A stretch of 63,748 nt of DNA, filler included, from Octopus bimaculoides (lineage: Eukaryota): assembly GCF_001194135.2 (NCBI RefSeq). It is 4 parts of 4 records of this genome, joined end to end, with 100 filler letters (N's around TTAATTAATTAA, not from the genome) between each part and the next. Parts side by side here need not be neighbours in the genome. Positions count along the whole stretch, not along the records: positions 1 to 24,890 come from NC_068995.1; positions 24,991 to 31,898 come from NC_068986.1; 2 more parts are not named here. The stretch is one strand, 5' to 3'. Both the position numbers and the translations under genes were made by a program. The notes beneath the pieces are model-generated. The model had not been told where the DNA came from, did no database searches, and saw nothing but the letters and a program-made list of their open reading frames with translations. Positions 13,696 to 27,353 of this stretch are shown one piece after another. How positions within the stretch are numbered: the stretch's first letter is position 1; each line of letters opens with the position of its first letter.

Positions 13696-13830
13696 TGCTT
13701 CCAAGCCACATGGTTCCGGGTTCAGTCCCACTGCATGGCATTTTTAGGCAAGCGTCTTCTGCTATAGCCTCGTACCGAATCAAGCTTTCTGAGCGGATTT
13801 GCTTGATAGAAACTGAAAGAAGCTCGTCGT
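13696..13830 (+). mobile_element. Family B SINE, 5' module only
   Basis: CCACATGGTTCCGGGTTCAGTCCCACTGC...GAAACTGAAAGAAGCTCGTCG followed by (TA)n. Confidence 0.85.
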
Positions 13831-13881
13831 GTATATACATGTATATATACATATATATATGGATGCATGTAGTTCTGTATG

Positions 13882-13956
<75 letters not shown>

Positions 13957-14961
13957 CTACATGCATCCATCTGTTACCATGTTCTTAGAGTTCCTTAATT
14001 CCTTTCAGCCATTGTCAAAGGATGTACGTATACATCTTTTGTCTTAATTGTTGGACCAACCTCTATCTTCGACCATATACCATCCATTGGTTGTAGGGCA
14101 AACTGTCGATCAATCGGTCAATAAAACCTTTACTCTCTCTCTCTCATTTAGTGTCTATCTGTCTGCCCCCCCCTCTGTCTTTCTCCCTCTCTCTCTGTAT
14201 ATANNNNNNNNNNNNNNNNNNNNNNNNNNNNNNNNNNNNNNNNNNNNNTATATATATATATATCGCTCTCTCTCTCCCTCAGTCCGTTTGTCTTCGGTGA
14301 GCGAAGGAGGAGGAGCTATCGGTCAGCAGGGGTTATTGCCGGGAACTAAAAGGAAGGCGGAGTTCGTTTGATGACAGGTGTAGCTTGCCTCCTGTCTTCA
14401 GAGAAAAGCAGGGTCTAGGGGCTACCCGAGCAAAACGCAATCACACGCACACACACACACATACACGCACACACACACACAAATATATTGTATACACACG
14501 CGTGGAAAACAAAGGAGAGTTTGAAGCCAGCACCGCCGATTCACGACCGTTCTTTAGAAGACACACCAGTCCACATCTCTACCCACTCAACTACCACCTC
14601 ACTATGACTACCACCACTATCACTACTGCTACTACTATTTCTACTCCGTCTCCACCATCCTCACTTGCTTCCAGATAGCGGTGCTGCTGTACGTCTGTGT
14701 ACCAATAGGTACAGAAGCGGGCTGCGTTGGTTCGGTCTTTGATCATCACTAAGCGTCTTTTTGATCGACACACCGTCCGTCTGTGGTAGAAAACATGAAA
14801 ATCGTCGGCCGTACGACTAGGGTGCAATGACGGAGTCTTTAAAGCAATGCTTTTTTAATCCTTTTTTTTACCTATGAACCCCTTTGATTCCTCTTTTACT
14901 CAGCTGGATCCCCTCTCATAGCCATTCGATTTATATACACACACACACATATAAACATACA

Positions 14962-14997
<36 letters not shown>

Positions 14998-15587
14998 NNN
15001 NNNNNNNNNNNNNNNNNNNNNNNNNNNNNNNNNNNNNNNNNNNNNNNNNNNNNNNNNNNNNNNNNNNNNNNNNNNNNNNNNNNNNNNNNNNNNNNNNNNN
15101 NNNNNNNNNNNNNNNNNNNNNNNNNNNNNNNNNNNNNNNNNNNNNNNNNNNNNNNNNNNNNNNNNNNNNNNNNNNNNNNNNNNNNNNNNNNNNNNNNNNN
15201 NNNNNNNNNNNNNNNNNNNNNNNNNNNNNNNNNNNNNNNNNNNNNNNNNNNNNNNNNNNNNNNNNNNNNNNNNNNNNNNNNNNNNNNNNNNNNNNNNNNN
15301 NNNNNNNNNNNNNNNNNNNNNNNNNNNNNNNNNNNNNNNNNNNNNNNNNNNNNNNNNNNNNNNNNNNNNNNNNNNNNNNNNNNNNNNNNNNNNNNNNNNN
15401 NNNNNNNNNNNNNNNNNNNNNNNNNNNNNNNNNNNNNNNNNNNNNNNNNNNNNNNNNNNNNNNNNNNNNNNNNNNNNNNNNNNNNNNNNNNNNNNNNNNN
15501 NNNNNNNNNNNNNNNNNNNNNNNNNNNNNNNNAAACAGAGAAAATAAGATGAAAAAAAAGTTTAGTGGCTAGTAATCAATCATTCCT

Positions 15588-15762
15588 TTGCTTGTTTCAG
15601 TCATTTGACTGCGGCCATGCTGGAGCACCGCCTTTAGTCGAGCAGATCGCCCCCAGTAATTATTCTTTGTTAACCTAGTACTTATTCCAACGGTATCCTT
15701 TGCCGAACCTCTAGTTACAGGGACGTAAACACACCAGCATCGGTTGTCAAGCGATGTTGGGG

Positions 15763-15794
<32 letters not shown>

Positions 15795-15880
15795 GATATA
15801 TATATACGTATACATATGACGGGCTTCTTTCAGTTTCCGTCTACCAAATCCACTGACAAGGCTTTGGTCGGCCCGAAGCT
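15588..15880 (-). mobile_element. Family B SINE, 5'-truncated
   Basis: Reverse complement of the 3' module, (CA)n spacer and part of the 5' module. Confidence 0.9.
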
Positions 15881-17794
15881 AAAATTTTATTCAGCACCAA
15901 TGAGACATTTCTAAATATCGATAGAATAAAACAAAACGTGACAAAATATTATTTTCTACTCTAAACACAAGGTCCGAAAGTTTGGGAGAGAGGGCCAGTC
16001 GGTCAGATAGACCCAGTACGCAACAGATGGAGTATCCACTGCAGGGTTTCAAACAAACTAAACCGTGAAACATACTTAGGGACAAATGTTATAAACTTAT
16101 GCTTATCGTAATTTATCTCCCTCTCTGTACTATCTCTCTCTCTCTCTCTCTTTCTCTCCCTCTCTCTCTCGCACACACACGCGCGTATATGTGCGTGTAT
16201 GTGTACAGGAAAATTGATTGATACATTCACTTCATCTTGGCTCTCTTTTACTTCTGCTATTAACACTCACGTACTATTTGTCATTTGACATTGCCCTACT
16301 TTCACAACTATCTCCTTACCTACCGTGAAAGCAATGAAGTACACATGGCCAATTGTTATAAGTGAATTGCCATTCCTTATAGTCTGAATGTATTTGGAGT
16401 GATGAGACATCTTTCTGAATGTCTGAATGTTTACATATATTGCGGAAAGAAAAAAAGAAAAAAAAAACTGCTTAGAAAATGGTTAGTAAACAATATTGAA
16501 CTTTTTGTTTCATTGTTATCTGCAATTTAGATCTTAGCTCGATAAGCTTTAGAATGATGCACATCATTGAACTGTTAAATATGAAAGTTGTTGATATTAC
16601 AAACAGAGTGATTTGCCCGCCAATACTGGAAAGTGTTTCTGTTTATTCTCAGCGAAGAAATAATAAAATTTTTGGTGAAAATGTGGCTACCTCTAACGTT
16701 ATCTTCTAACAAAGAACTTATATATATATAGTCATTGTGGAAATGCTTATTGGTAAAGTTTAGGAAAATTCTGGCAGCTATGCAATGAACATTTGACTGC
16801 CGCCATGCTGGTAGAGAGAATAGTACTATATATTTGTTTTCATTTTTTTCAAAATTATACGTTTAAAGTACCTATTTTTTTGGCGTTTAATGTGTTTTTG
16901 TAACAAGAGCACAGTTCAAGGAGTCTTCGCCACAAAAAATGACAATAGCTTCTTTGCTTATCTGTGATTTATGCATGATATAGGCACTAAAACTTAACGG
17001 GTTTATTTTGAGTTGGGAGGGCGAGTAGTTATGTATATCAGGTGTCTTCGAACTGCATTTCAATGGGCACATTCTAACGATTTTCTGAAATCAAACTCGC
17101 ATGAAATAGCAGGCAAGTCTCTCTTATAGTATACTCTATCGCATTTGGAGAAAAAGAAACGCTCGGGATACTACAGACCAGCTTACACATTGCTTGAATA
17201 TATGAATCGTGGTGGGAGTATCTTTGAATACAGAGTTACTTAAACGGGGTTAAACAACAACAACAACAACAACAACGACAAGATTAAGAGAATTTGGAGA
17301 TAATTCATAAGTGACTAACAACCAAGAGACAAATGCTAAACATACAAACGACCCTACGCCCATCTTGTCAGGTCACTAACCCAACCCACACTGACATGGC
17401 GCAAACAATGGTTGTTTTATTACATTGATATTCCCTGTGGAGTTTCTTAACACATTTGTCATGTAATTCATAAATTAGTTTCCTCGGCTTGATTACATGG
17501 CGCAACACACACACACACACACACTGAGTAAAAAGTAAATTCTTTGTTGCAAATACACACACACATGTATATATATATATGAGTGTTTGTGTGTGCGTGT
17601 GTGTGTTATTTCGAACGCGAAATAAAATATTTTATTTTGATAAATTCTTTCAAATGCTACATCAATGGACCTTATGCGGGTCTGTTTTACCTCCTTTCCA
17701 GAACGATAGAAGTTACGTAGTAGCAGTTCACAAATTGAGGTCGATGTAATCGACATAACACTTCTGCCGGCCTTGTGCCAATATCTGAAACACC

Positions 17795-17830
<36 letters not shown>

Positions 17831-18014
17831 GGCTGCGAGCTGGCAGAATCGTTAGCAGGCTGGATGAAATGCTTAGCGGTATTTCGCCTGTCGCTACATT
17901 CTGAGTTCAAATTCCGCCGAGGTCGACTTTACCTTTCATCCTTTCGGTGTTCTTAATCGACCGACTAGTCCCCTCCCCCAAAGTTTAAAGCCTCGTACCT
18001 TTTGTAGAAAGGAT
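17831..18014 (+). mobile_element. Family A SINE
   Basis: GGCTGCGAGCTGGCAGAATCGTTAGC head directly after (ATT)n; complete body. Confidence 0.9.
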
Positions 18015-18409
18015 CACCATTAGTACTATTACGATATAGCCCCCTCGTACAGAGCAAATAAACATCAGATTAATATTATTATTACTACTATTATCACCAC
18101 CATCATCAACACTATCATCATTATCTAAACTAAATGTTTGTTTTACTTTCGTATTTCATTGTACACAATGTCGCAGAAAGGTTAACCCCAACTGGGCAAA
18201 ACATTGTTGTGTTATGTCTTTGACATTTAGCTTGACATCATCATCATCATCATCAGCAGTAACAGCAACGACAACAACAATCCACTTGCATACTCTACTA
18301 TGTTTTTTAAAAACGTGACTCAACTTACAGCCCCTATCTACACAAACCTAGAAGTGAGCAGGAATGTATTCCAAGTCCTTTGGTACCGCCTGCATTCTAT
18401 CAGGTTGGA

Positions 18410-18735
18410 CTATGTATGTATGTATGTATGTAATACAAATAATATATGAGTGTATGCATATATATGTACATGTATGTACATATCTTCATCTACATGTATA
18501 TATAGATGCATATCTGGGTACATGACGTTGCACAAAACATGGACAAAATGATAAACAAGGTACAGAAAACACACATGCCACATAGAGAACATTTCCTTCA
18601 TCANNNNNNNNNNTGACGTTGCACAAAACATGGACAAAATGATAAACAAGGTACAGAAAACACACATGCCACATAGAGAACATTTCCTTCATCAGCTGCC
18701 ACCATTATAACACTGGCGTTTCGAGGAGTTAGGGC
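18410..18735 (-). repeat. Unclassified interspersed repeat (family F), copy 1
   Basis: Shares CATTTCCTTCATCAGCTGCCACCATT and ATAGATGCATATCTGGGTACA with 45100-45335. Confidence 0.75.
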
Positions 18736-18779
<44 letters not shown>

Positions 18780-18958
18780 GCGTGCATGTAAATATGCATG
18801 CATGTGTGTGTGTACGGATGACTAAAGGTGGTGCTTCAGCATGGCCGCAGTCAAATGACTGAAACCAGTAAAAGAATAAAAGAATGCATGTATGTATGGA
18901 TGGATGAGACAAAAAGAGAGAGAGAGAAAGAGACAGACAGAGTAAATGTGTGTGTGTG

Positions 18959-18990
<32 letters not shown>

Positions 18991-19290
18991 ATCTAAATTA
19001 AATAAATCAAATCTAAAGATGTGCACATCAAAACATTTCCCTTCAATGTTATACTTGACATAATGAAATTATTCCTTGTCTATTAGCATTGAACCACGTG
19101 TCCATTCCCTCCATCACTCTCAGCTACCACTATGACTACTACTACTACTACACCCATTAACACCACCACCACCACCACCAACCATCACCCCTACCACCAC
19201 CACCATCGTCGCCTCCTATGTCACTACCATTTACAAGTTTTTTCTGTTTTCTATTAATTTTGTACGTTTTTCCATTATTATATACTTACT

Positions 19291-19475
19291 AAATGCTTAA
19301 CGGTATTTCATACGTCTTCATATTCTGATTTCAAATTCCGCCCATGTCGACTTTGTCTTTCATCCTTTTTAGGGTCAATAAAATAAGTACCAGTTGAGTA
19401 CTGGAGGGTCGATGTAATCGACTAACCCTCACCCTAAAATTTCAGGCCCTGTTCCTATATTAGACAGTATTATTA
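19291..19475 (+). mobile_element. Family A SINE, 5'-truncated
   Basis: AAATGCTTAACGGTATTTC...GTCGACTTTGTCTTTCATCC...GTCGATGTAATCGAC. Confidence 0.85.
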
Positions 19476-20004
19476 TATTCTTACTGTTGTTATCGGTCGG
19501 TCTACTTTATTCCTCCAGGAACTTCAATGTTTAATGGGTCTTTTTTTTACTTTAGAGGCGCTACAGCGTGATTTGAGGGAGATTTGGCTGCTATATCTGG
19601 CTGGTCTATCGAGCGCGTGATGCAGAAGGTGGGGAGTCGTTATAGTACGAATTGGTAATCATTTCTATGGGGGCGCCTCTGGGCCGAGAAAAAAAATGCT
19701 AATGTTTAAATTTTACAAATACATATGAACGTAACTTTATATTATTGTTTACACGTTGAGGATTACACATTCTTTGTCTCGTTTCGTATTTGATGTAGAT
19801 ATTTAGCAATTTGGTCTGTGGGTGGGTAAAAATTTCTTTCTTGGTGAGATTTCGCTCATGGACGAGAATTCCTCAGCCATCTCTTAACGATTTCATCTTG
19901 TGGGTTTGCTGTGTATTGTCTTATTTTTGTGGTTCTTAACCGGGGTCGATATGGCCCTAGTAGGTGCATGTAAGATTTTGTTGTTAAAATTTATGAGCAA
20001 TAAA

Positions 20005-20120
20005 GGCGAGATAGCAGAATCGTTAGCACGTCGGACAAAATACTTCGCGTTCTTAGCTCTAATTCCGCCGAGGTTGACTTTTGACTTTCATCCTTTTGGA
20101 GTCGATACAATAAATACCTG
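20005..20120 (+). mobile_element. Family A SINE, 3'-truncated, abutting an inverted family B copy
   Basis: GGCGAGATAGCAGAATCGTTAGCACG head, ends at 20120 where family B (minus) begins. Confidence 0.85.
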
Positions 20121-20124
20121 CTAA

Positions 20125-20289
20125 GCGCCATTTAGTCGAGCAAATCGACTCCAGGACTTACTCTTTGTAAGCTTAGTACTTATTTTATCGGTCGGTCCCT
20201 TTTGCCGAACCGCTAAGTTACGGGGACGTAAACACACCACCTTCGGTTGTCAAGCGATGCTGGGGGGGGGGGGACAAACACAAACACAG

Positions 20290-20326
<37 letters not shown>

Positions 20327-20502
20327 CACACATATATACGACGGGCTTCTTTCAGTTTCCGTCTACCAAATCCACTTACAAGGCTTTGGTCGGCCCGAGG
20401 CTATAGTAGAAGACACTTGCCCAAGATGCCACGCAGTGGGAATGAACCCGGAACCATGTGGTTGGTAAGCAAGCTACTTACACACACAGCCACTCCTACG
20501 CC
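20125..20502 (-). mobile_element. Family B SINE, near full length
   Basis: Both modules present with a (CA)n(TA)n internal spacer; head CCACTCCTACGCC on the plus strand. Confidence 0.9.
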
Positions 20503-20989
20503 TACAAAAGCAAACACTGTTTCACTGAGATTTGAACCCGGTCGGATCGAATACCGTATATAGCATTCTATCCAACGCTCTCACGATTCGGCTACTTCCC
20601 GGAAGGACGAAAGTTAAAGCTGAGTGTTGAAGGTCATAATGAAATACAGCGAGATACTCGACCCGGTGCTCCAACAGAATAGTTTGTTAGGTTCTTAGGT
20701 TCTTCGCGTAATTTTTGGTAGGATGTTTCAAATTCTTGTTTCTTTTATGTGAAATAAATTTGAAATGAGTTTTCGTTTTTTCTTGCTCCATTGAGAAATG
20801 AGATCTTCAGCTGGAGATCTTGTAGAGGGGAAATAGAACACAGCTGATAGTCAGGGAGTAAATTCCCGACGGCTGCCATGGGTTGGGGTGGGGCTGGCGA
20901 GATGAGAGGGAGAGAATTCTCTGAGGTACTGCTTCCATTTCAGCGGGAAAATTTCTTGTGTAATCATGTACACTTAGACATACTAAGAA

Positions 20990-21001
20990 ATATAGATAAA
21001 C

Positions 21002-21055
<54 letters not shown>

Positions 21056-21310
21056 TATAAAAAGAACGATAGATAAATAAATTGATAGATAGATAGATAG
21101 ATACATACATACATACATACATACATACATACATACATACATACATACATACATACATAAATAGATAAATAGCTAAGCAGATAATTAGACAAGAAGATAG
21201 ACAAGCAGATAAATAGATAGACAGATAGAGAGACAAACAAATAGATAAATAGATAGATACACAGAGAGACAAACAGATAGATTGATAAATACATACATAC
21301 ATATACATAC
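20990..21310. repeat. (GATA)n/(CATA)n tetranucleotide array
   Basis: Directly visible. Confidence 0.95.
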
Positions 21311-21948
21311 ATACAAACAAAACGTCCGTGAGTGTATTCATCATCATTTGCAAATATCAACATACTAATCGCCATCATCATTATCACCACCACCGGCAAC
21401 ACCTATTGTCGCTAGAATTTTCATGTCAAGCATCATCAACATTATCTTCACAATCATAATCGTCGTCTTCAGCATCCTTATCATCATCATCATCAGCAGT
21501 AGCACCATCACCACCACTGGCAACACTATTTGATACCCAGCTACACCACCACCACCATCATCATCGCCATCAATGACAACATCTCTAGTAGCAACATCAA
21601 CGAAAATACAGATGGAAAGTAAAAGAAAAACACCAACAACAGCAACTTTTTCTCTGTCTTGCTTATTTATTAAGCACTATTGAAAAATCTTAAACACTCA
21701 CAGCTACACCCACACACACCCACACACACACCCTCTTTCTCTCTCATACTCACAAACACCGCCACCACCGCACGCATACTATTATCACTGCATACATAAA
21801 CACATTCGTTATCACAGTAGCATATATTGCAATGTGTACCCCACACGATATCAATCACACACACACAGTTTCCATTTATACAAACATACGAAATAATCAA
21901 AATAATCACATACACATACATAATAATTGCAAACACGAAGCCCAAAGT

Positions 21949-22327
21949 TGGCACTCCGTCGCTTACGACGTCGAGGGTTCCAGTTGATCCGATCAACGGA
22001 ACAGCCTGCTCGTGAAATCAACGTGGAAGTGGCTAAGCACTCCACAGACACGTGTACCCTTAACGTAGTTCTCGGGGGATATTCAGCGTGACACAGAATG
22101 TGACAAGGCTGACCCTTTGAATTACAGGTACAACAGAAACAGGAAGAACGAGTGAGAGAAAGTTGTGGTAGGAGAGTACAGCAGGGTTCGCCACCATCCC
22201 CTGCCGGAGCCTCGTGGAGCTTTAGGTGTTTTCGTTCAATAAACACTCACAAAGTCCGGTCTGGGAATCGAAACCACGATCCTATGACTGCGAGTCCGCT
22301 GCCCTAACTACTGGGCCATTGCGCCTC
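21949..22327 (-). mobile_element. Family C SINE (tRNA-like head, long tail), full length
   Basis: Head GGAGGCGCAATGGCCCAGT..TTAGGGCAGCGGACTCGC on minus; exact 15-bp TSD CACGAAGCCCAAAGT at 21934-21948 and 22328-22342. Confidence 0.95.
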
Positions 22328-22569
22328 CACGAAGCCCAAAGTATGGCTATACACACAGAAATATCGCACACATACGTATATACATACATACAAATAAATT
22401 CATACATAAATAAATAAATACATACATACGTACATACACACATACATGTGCTTTCACGCGTGTCATACAACCACAAAACTGATGACCATAGCCAAGCACA
22501 CGCAAGAAACCAAGCATAACTACACACAAACACACAAAACTACGCACACAGAAGCCCGTGTTTAAATAT

Positions 22570-22778
22570 TCCTTTCTACTTACTATAAGCACCAAGACTG
22601 ACATTTGGGGGGAGGGGGTAAGTCGATTACATCGAACACAGTGTTTCACTGGTATTTGATTTATCGACTACGAAAGGATGAAAGGCAAGGACGACTTCGG
22701 CGGAATTTGAACATAAAGACAGACGAAATACCGCCAAGCATTTCACCCGGCGAGTTAACGATTCTGCCAGCTCGCCGC
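22570..22778 (-). mobile_element. Family A SINE
   Basis: Reverse complement head TTAACGATTCTGCCAGCTCGCCG and full body. Confidence 0.9.
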
Positions 22779-22961
22779 ATTGCTCATGTATAAATATTTC
22801 CACATCTATATAAATACCTCCACGCATATAAGAGTTAATCAAAGATAAACACAGAGAGAGATAGTGAGAGAGACTGAGAGAGTGAGAGAGACAGAGAGTC
22901 AGACGGAGAAAGAGAGTGTGAGAGAAATTTATATGTAACTACCCACATCTATTATATATTT

Positions 22962-23411
22962 ATGCGCCCTTTTAAAGCCTAGCCAGGTTCATGGGCCCGG
23001 TTTCCCGGTTTCTATGGCGTATGTGTCCCCCCCCCCNNNNNNNNNNNNNNNNNNNNNNNNNNNNNNNNNNNNNNNNNNNNNNNNNNNNNNNNNNNNNNNN
23101 NNNNNNNNNNNNNNNNNNNNNNNNNNNNNNNNNNNNNNNNNNNNNNNNNNNNNNNNNNNNNNNNNNNNNNNNNNNNNNNNNNNNNNNNNNNNNNNNNNNN
23201 NNNNNNNNNNNNNNNNNNNNNNNGAAAAAAGAGTGAGAGAAAGGTGGGGGGAGAGTACAACGGATGTCGCCACTCACCCCGCTACCGGAGCCTCGTGGGG
23301 CTTTAGGTGTTTTCGCTCAATAAACACACACAACGCCCGGTCTGGGAATCGAAACCGCGATCCTCCGACCGCGACTCCGCTGCCTTAACCACTGGGCCAT
23401 TGCGCCTCCAC
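22962..23411 (-). mobile_element. Chimeric SINE: family C head/body with V-domain-type short tail (gap inside)
   Basis: C head at 23330-23411, tail ATGCGCCCTTTTAAAGCCTAGCC at the left end; TSD core CACATCTAT at 22944-22952 and 23413-23421. Confidence 0.85.
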
Positions 23412-23518
23412 TCACATCTATATACAGACTCATACACACACACACAGCAATCCATAACTAGACAGACAAAAACCCCATGTGTTACTACTCACACATCCAT
23501 ATACATAACCCATACGTG

Positions 23519-23563
<45 letters not shown>

Positions 23564-24258
23564 AGCATCGATAGAGAAATGACAGTTAAATGACTAGCTG
23601 TTTGGTGAATTTATTTGACAAGGTCGTCAACGTAAGAGTTGTCTGACTTGCAGGTCCCTTGCCTTTTGGCACACAACACGTCACGTGGTCATTTATACAA
23701 TTTCCCCACCGCCAGCTTCTCTGACTGTTGAGGGAGGAGAGAAAGTTCGGAATGAGGTGCTGATTAAGAACGTACGTACTTACATATATACACACACACA
23801 ACGTGAATACATCCCTACGCATCCATTTTCTCTCACAACAATGACAGTATTCGGCTGATATAAATAACATCGACTTCACATTATTTAAAAAATTTTTTTG
23901 TTTAACTCTCCGGACATTGTCTACATGTTTGACTGTCTGCATATATGTGTTCGTATGTGTATATGTATGTGTATATACATGTGTGCATGAGTTAGTGTGT
24001 GTGTGTGTGTGTGTGTTACTCATCTTTTAGGCTAGAACTTGAATCTTAACTGACACGTGGAAATCTCATTTGTGCGGGAGTGTATAAATATGTAAATATA
24101 CATGCATATATATTTTCTACTTTCATTGTTTTTATATATATATATATATACATTGTGTGTATATACGTATGTGCATATATATATGTATATTGTACGTATA
24201 CACTAATAAAATGTCAACGGTTTTCATTGTTTTTTCTCTCTCTCTCTCTATCCCTTTC

Positions 24259-24343
<85 letters not shown>

Positions 24344-24659
24344 GCATATGAACCTCTAAAAATTACCTTTTCTTTATTATACATTTAATATTATTTTTTT
24401 TTCCTTTGCATACATTGCTATGTATGCATGGTTGTATGCATATACTAATGAGCACATCTATACGTATGTGAATGTGTGTGTGTGTGTATGTGCGTAGATA
24501 TGCGGTTGTTGGAAAGCACTGCCTCGACGATCTGTTTTGAACGAAGCAATGAAATTATCTATTCTGACACAAGAATTTCTATTCATCGTCTCCCTTCCAT
24601 TTATGTTACGCACACACACACACAAACAAATATATAAATACGCGAAGATAAACAATGTA

Positions 24660-24890
24660 TATTTCTTTATATATGTATATGTATGTATATATATGTGTAT
24701 ATATATATCTATATATATATATCTATCTATCTATCTGTATGTATGTATGTATGTATCTATATGTATGTATCTGTCTATCTATCTATATATATATATATAT
24801 ATGTATCTGTCTATCTATCTATATATATATATATGTATCTGTCTATCTATCTATATATATATATATATATATGTATCTGTCTATCTATAT
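24660..24890. repeat. (TA)n-TGTATCTGTCTATCTATC minisatellite, about 30-35-bp unit
   Basis: At least three repeats of TATATATATGTATCTGTCTATCTAT. Confidence 0.85.
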
Positions 24891-26238
24891 NNNNNNNNNN
24901 NNNNNNNNNNNNNNNNNNNNNNNNNNNNNNNNNNTTAATTAATTAANNNNNNNNNNNNNNNNNNNNNNNNNNNNNNNNNNNNNNNNNNNNTACAATAGCA
25001 AACGCACGTACACACACGTACACAGCAACGCACATATACACAACATACACATACACACAAACACACACGCACGCACAAATACATACACATACACACACGC
25101 GCACATACAAAATATACACACACGTACACGTACCCAACACCTACAACCCCACACAAACACACACACGAACACACACATACTCAAAAACCGCCTGCTGACC
25201 TGCCACTTACCATTGTCCATAAGCATCCACTAACTATTCCTGCAACTAATTCCTTCCACTACGTCATACACACACACACACACACAAACACACATACACA
25301 CTAACAGATAAACCACCAAACCATGCACACACACACACATACATACGCACACACACGTTCTGTTATCACACAAACACTCGCAGACTCTCGCGTACGCACA
25401 GATATTCATCTCCCTTTTTCACTCTCCTGTTTTAGAAAGAACTTTACCCACACCCCCTCCTCTTCCGGTCCTTTCACAATGTAACCTCGTGGGCATCGGT
25501 ACCATTTTCCTCTTTCTCCGTTTTTCCATTCTCCGACTTTCCATCTTTCCGACGAAGGGCTCTGCCCGATACGTCATACACTCTCTCTTTCCTTTCCCGA
25601 GCGTCCAATAACACTATCCGTATCACGTCCTCACTTTGTTGTTTTTTTGTTATTGTTTTTTGTGTTTTTTTTAATGTCTGTGTTTGNNNNNNNNNNNNNN
25701 NNNNNNNNNNNNNNNNNNNNNNNNNNNNNNNNNNNNNNNNNNNNNNNNNNNNNNNNNNNNNNNNNNNNNNNNNNNNNNNNNNNNNNNNNNNNNNNNNNNN
25801 NNNNNNNNNNNNNNNNNNNNNNNNNNNNNNNNNNNNNNNNNNNNNNNNNNNNNNNNNNNNNNNNNNNNNNNNNNNNNNNNNNNNNNNNNNNNNNNNNNNN
25901 NNNNNNNNNNNNNNNNNNNNNNNNNNNNNNNNNNNNNNNNNNNNNNNNNNNNNNNNNNNNNNNNNNNNNNNNNNNNNNNNNNNNNNNNNNNNNNNNNNNN
26001 NNNNNNNNNNNNNNNNNNNNNNNNNNNNNNNNNNNNNNNNNNNNNNNNNNNNNNNNNNNNNNNNNNNNNNNNNNNNNNNNNNNNNNNNNNNNNNNNNNNN
26101 NNNNNNNNNNNNNNNNNNNNNNNNNNNNNNNNNNNNNNNNNNNNNNNNNNNNNNNNNNNNNNNNNNNNNNNNNNNNNNNNNNNNNNNNNNNNNNNNNNNN
26201 NNNNNNNNNNNNNNNNNNNNNNNNNNNNNNNNNNNNNN

Positions 26239-26281
<43 letters not shown>

Positions 26282-26298
26282 ACATATATATATATATA

Positions 26299-26460
26299 CG
26301 ACGGGCTTCTTTCAGTTACCGCCTACCAAAATACTCACAAGGCTTTGGTCGGCCTGAGGCTATAGTAGAAGACACTTGCGCATAGTGCCACGGAGTGGGA
26401 CTAAACCCAGAACCATGTGGCTGGTAAGGAAGCTACTTACCACACAGCCACTCCTGCGCC
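26299..26460 (-). mobile_element. Family B SINE, 5' module
   Basis: CGACGGGCTTCTTTCAGTT...CACAGCCACTCCTGCGCC. Confidence 0.9.
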
Positions 26461-26648
26461 TATATATACATATATATATAAATATATATCTATATATATA
26501 CACATGCATATATATGTATAGATACATATATATGTATGTATATATATATATATACATATATAGGTATATATACATATATATATACAAATCTCTCTCTCTA
26601 TATATATATATGTATATACAAATAAATCTATTTACATACATAAATATA

Positions 26649-26688
<40 letters not shown>

Positions 26689-26899
26689 AATATATATATA
26701 TATACATAGATATATATTCATATTTACATATATATATATACATATAAATCTATATATATGCACTTCAATATATATAAATAATAATATATATACATACATA
26801 TATATATACATACATACATATATATACATATATATATATATGTCAATAATACATTTATTTATGACCCCGCCTCTCTCCTTTTCTCACTCTCTACATATT

Positions 26900-27110
26900 C
26901 TTCCTATTCTAGGCACAAGGCCCGAAATTTGGGGGAAGGGGGCCAGTCGATTAGATCGACCCCAGTATGCAACTGGTACATAATTTATCGACCCCGAAAA
27001 GATGAAAGACAAAGTCGATCTCGGCGGAATTCGAACTCAGAATGTAAAGACAGATGAAATACCGCTAAGTATTTCGTCCGGTGTGCTAACATTTCTGCCA
27101 GCTCGCTGCC
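26900..27110 (-). mobile_element. Family A SINE
   Basis: Reverse complement of the full family A head and body. Confidence 0.9.
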
Positions 27111-27353
27111 TGCCTTTCACCCTCTATATTAATAGATAACTGGATAATCGATTGCTGCCTTGCCAGGTGTAAACTGAATTGAAAAGAGAAGAAAAAAAAT
27201 GTACTCAATTCTCTTAAGAAGTTCAAGATGGCATCGATTTAATTAATCAGTAGGATTTACAACGTAACGTTTTTAACGTCATAAGATTAATCACAAATTT
27301 ACAATCATAAATGTAACAAAAATATATTAAATACATTGATTGTGGAAATAAGT

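Noticed and set aside
16320-16422. Minus-strand open segment ending in a strong donor AG|GTAAGG
   Set aside because: No polypyrimidine tract at the acceptor, two frames open, and no recognisable peptide
18523-18694. 81-bp perfect tandem duplication
   Set aside because: The copies are separated by a 10-N gap; typical unmerged contig overlap
18685-18730. Family F CTGATGA...GAAA as a type II hammerhead
   Set aside because: Helix III and the cleavage triplet cannot be formed, and copy 2 lacks GAAA
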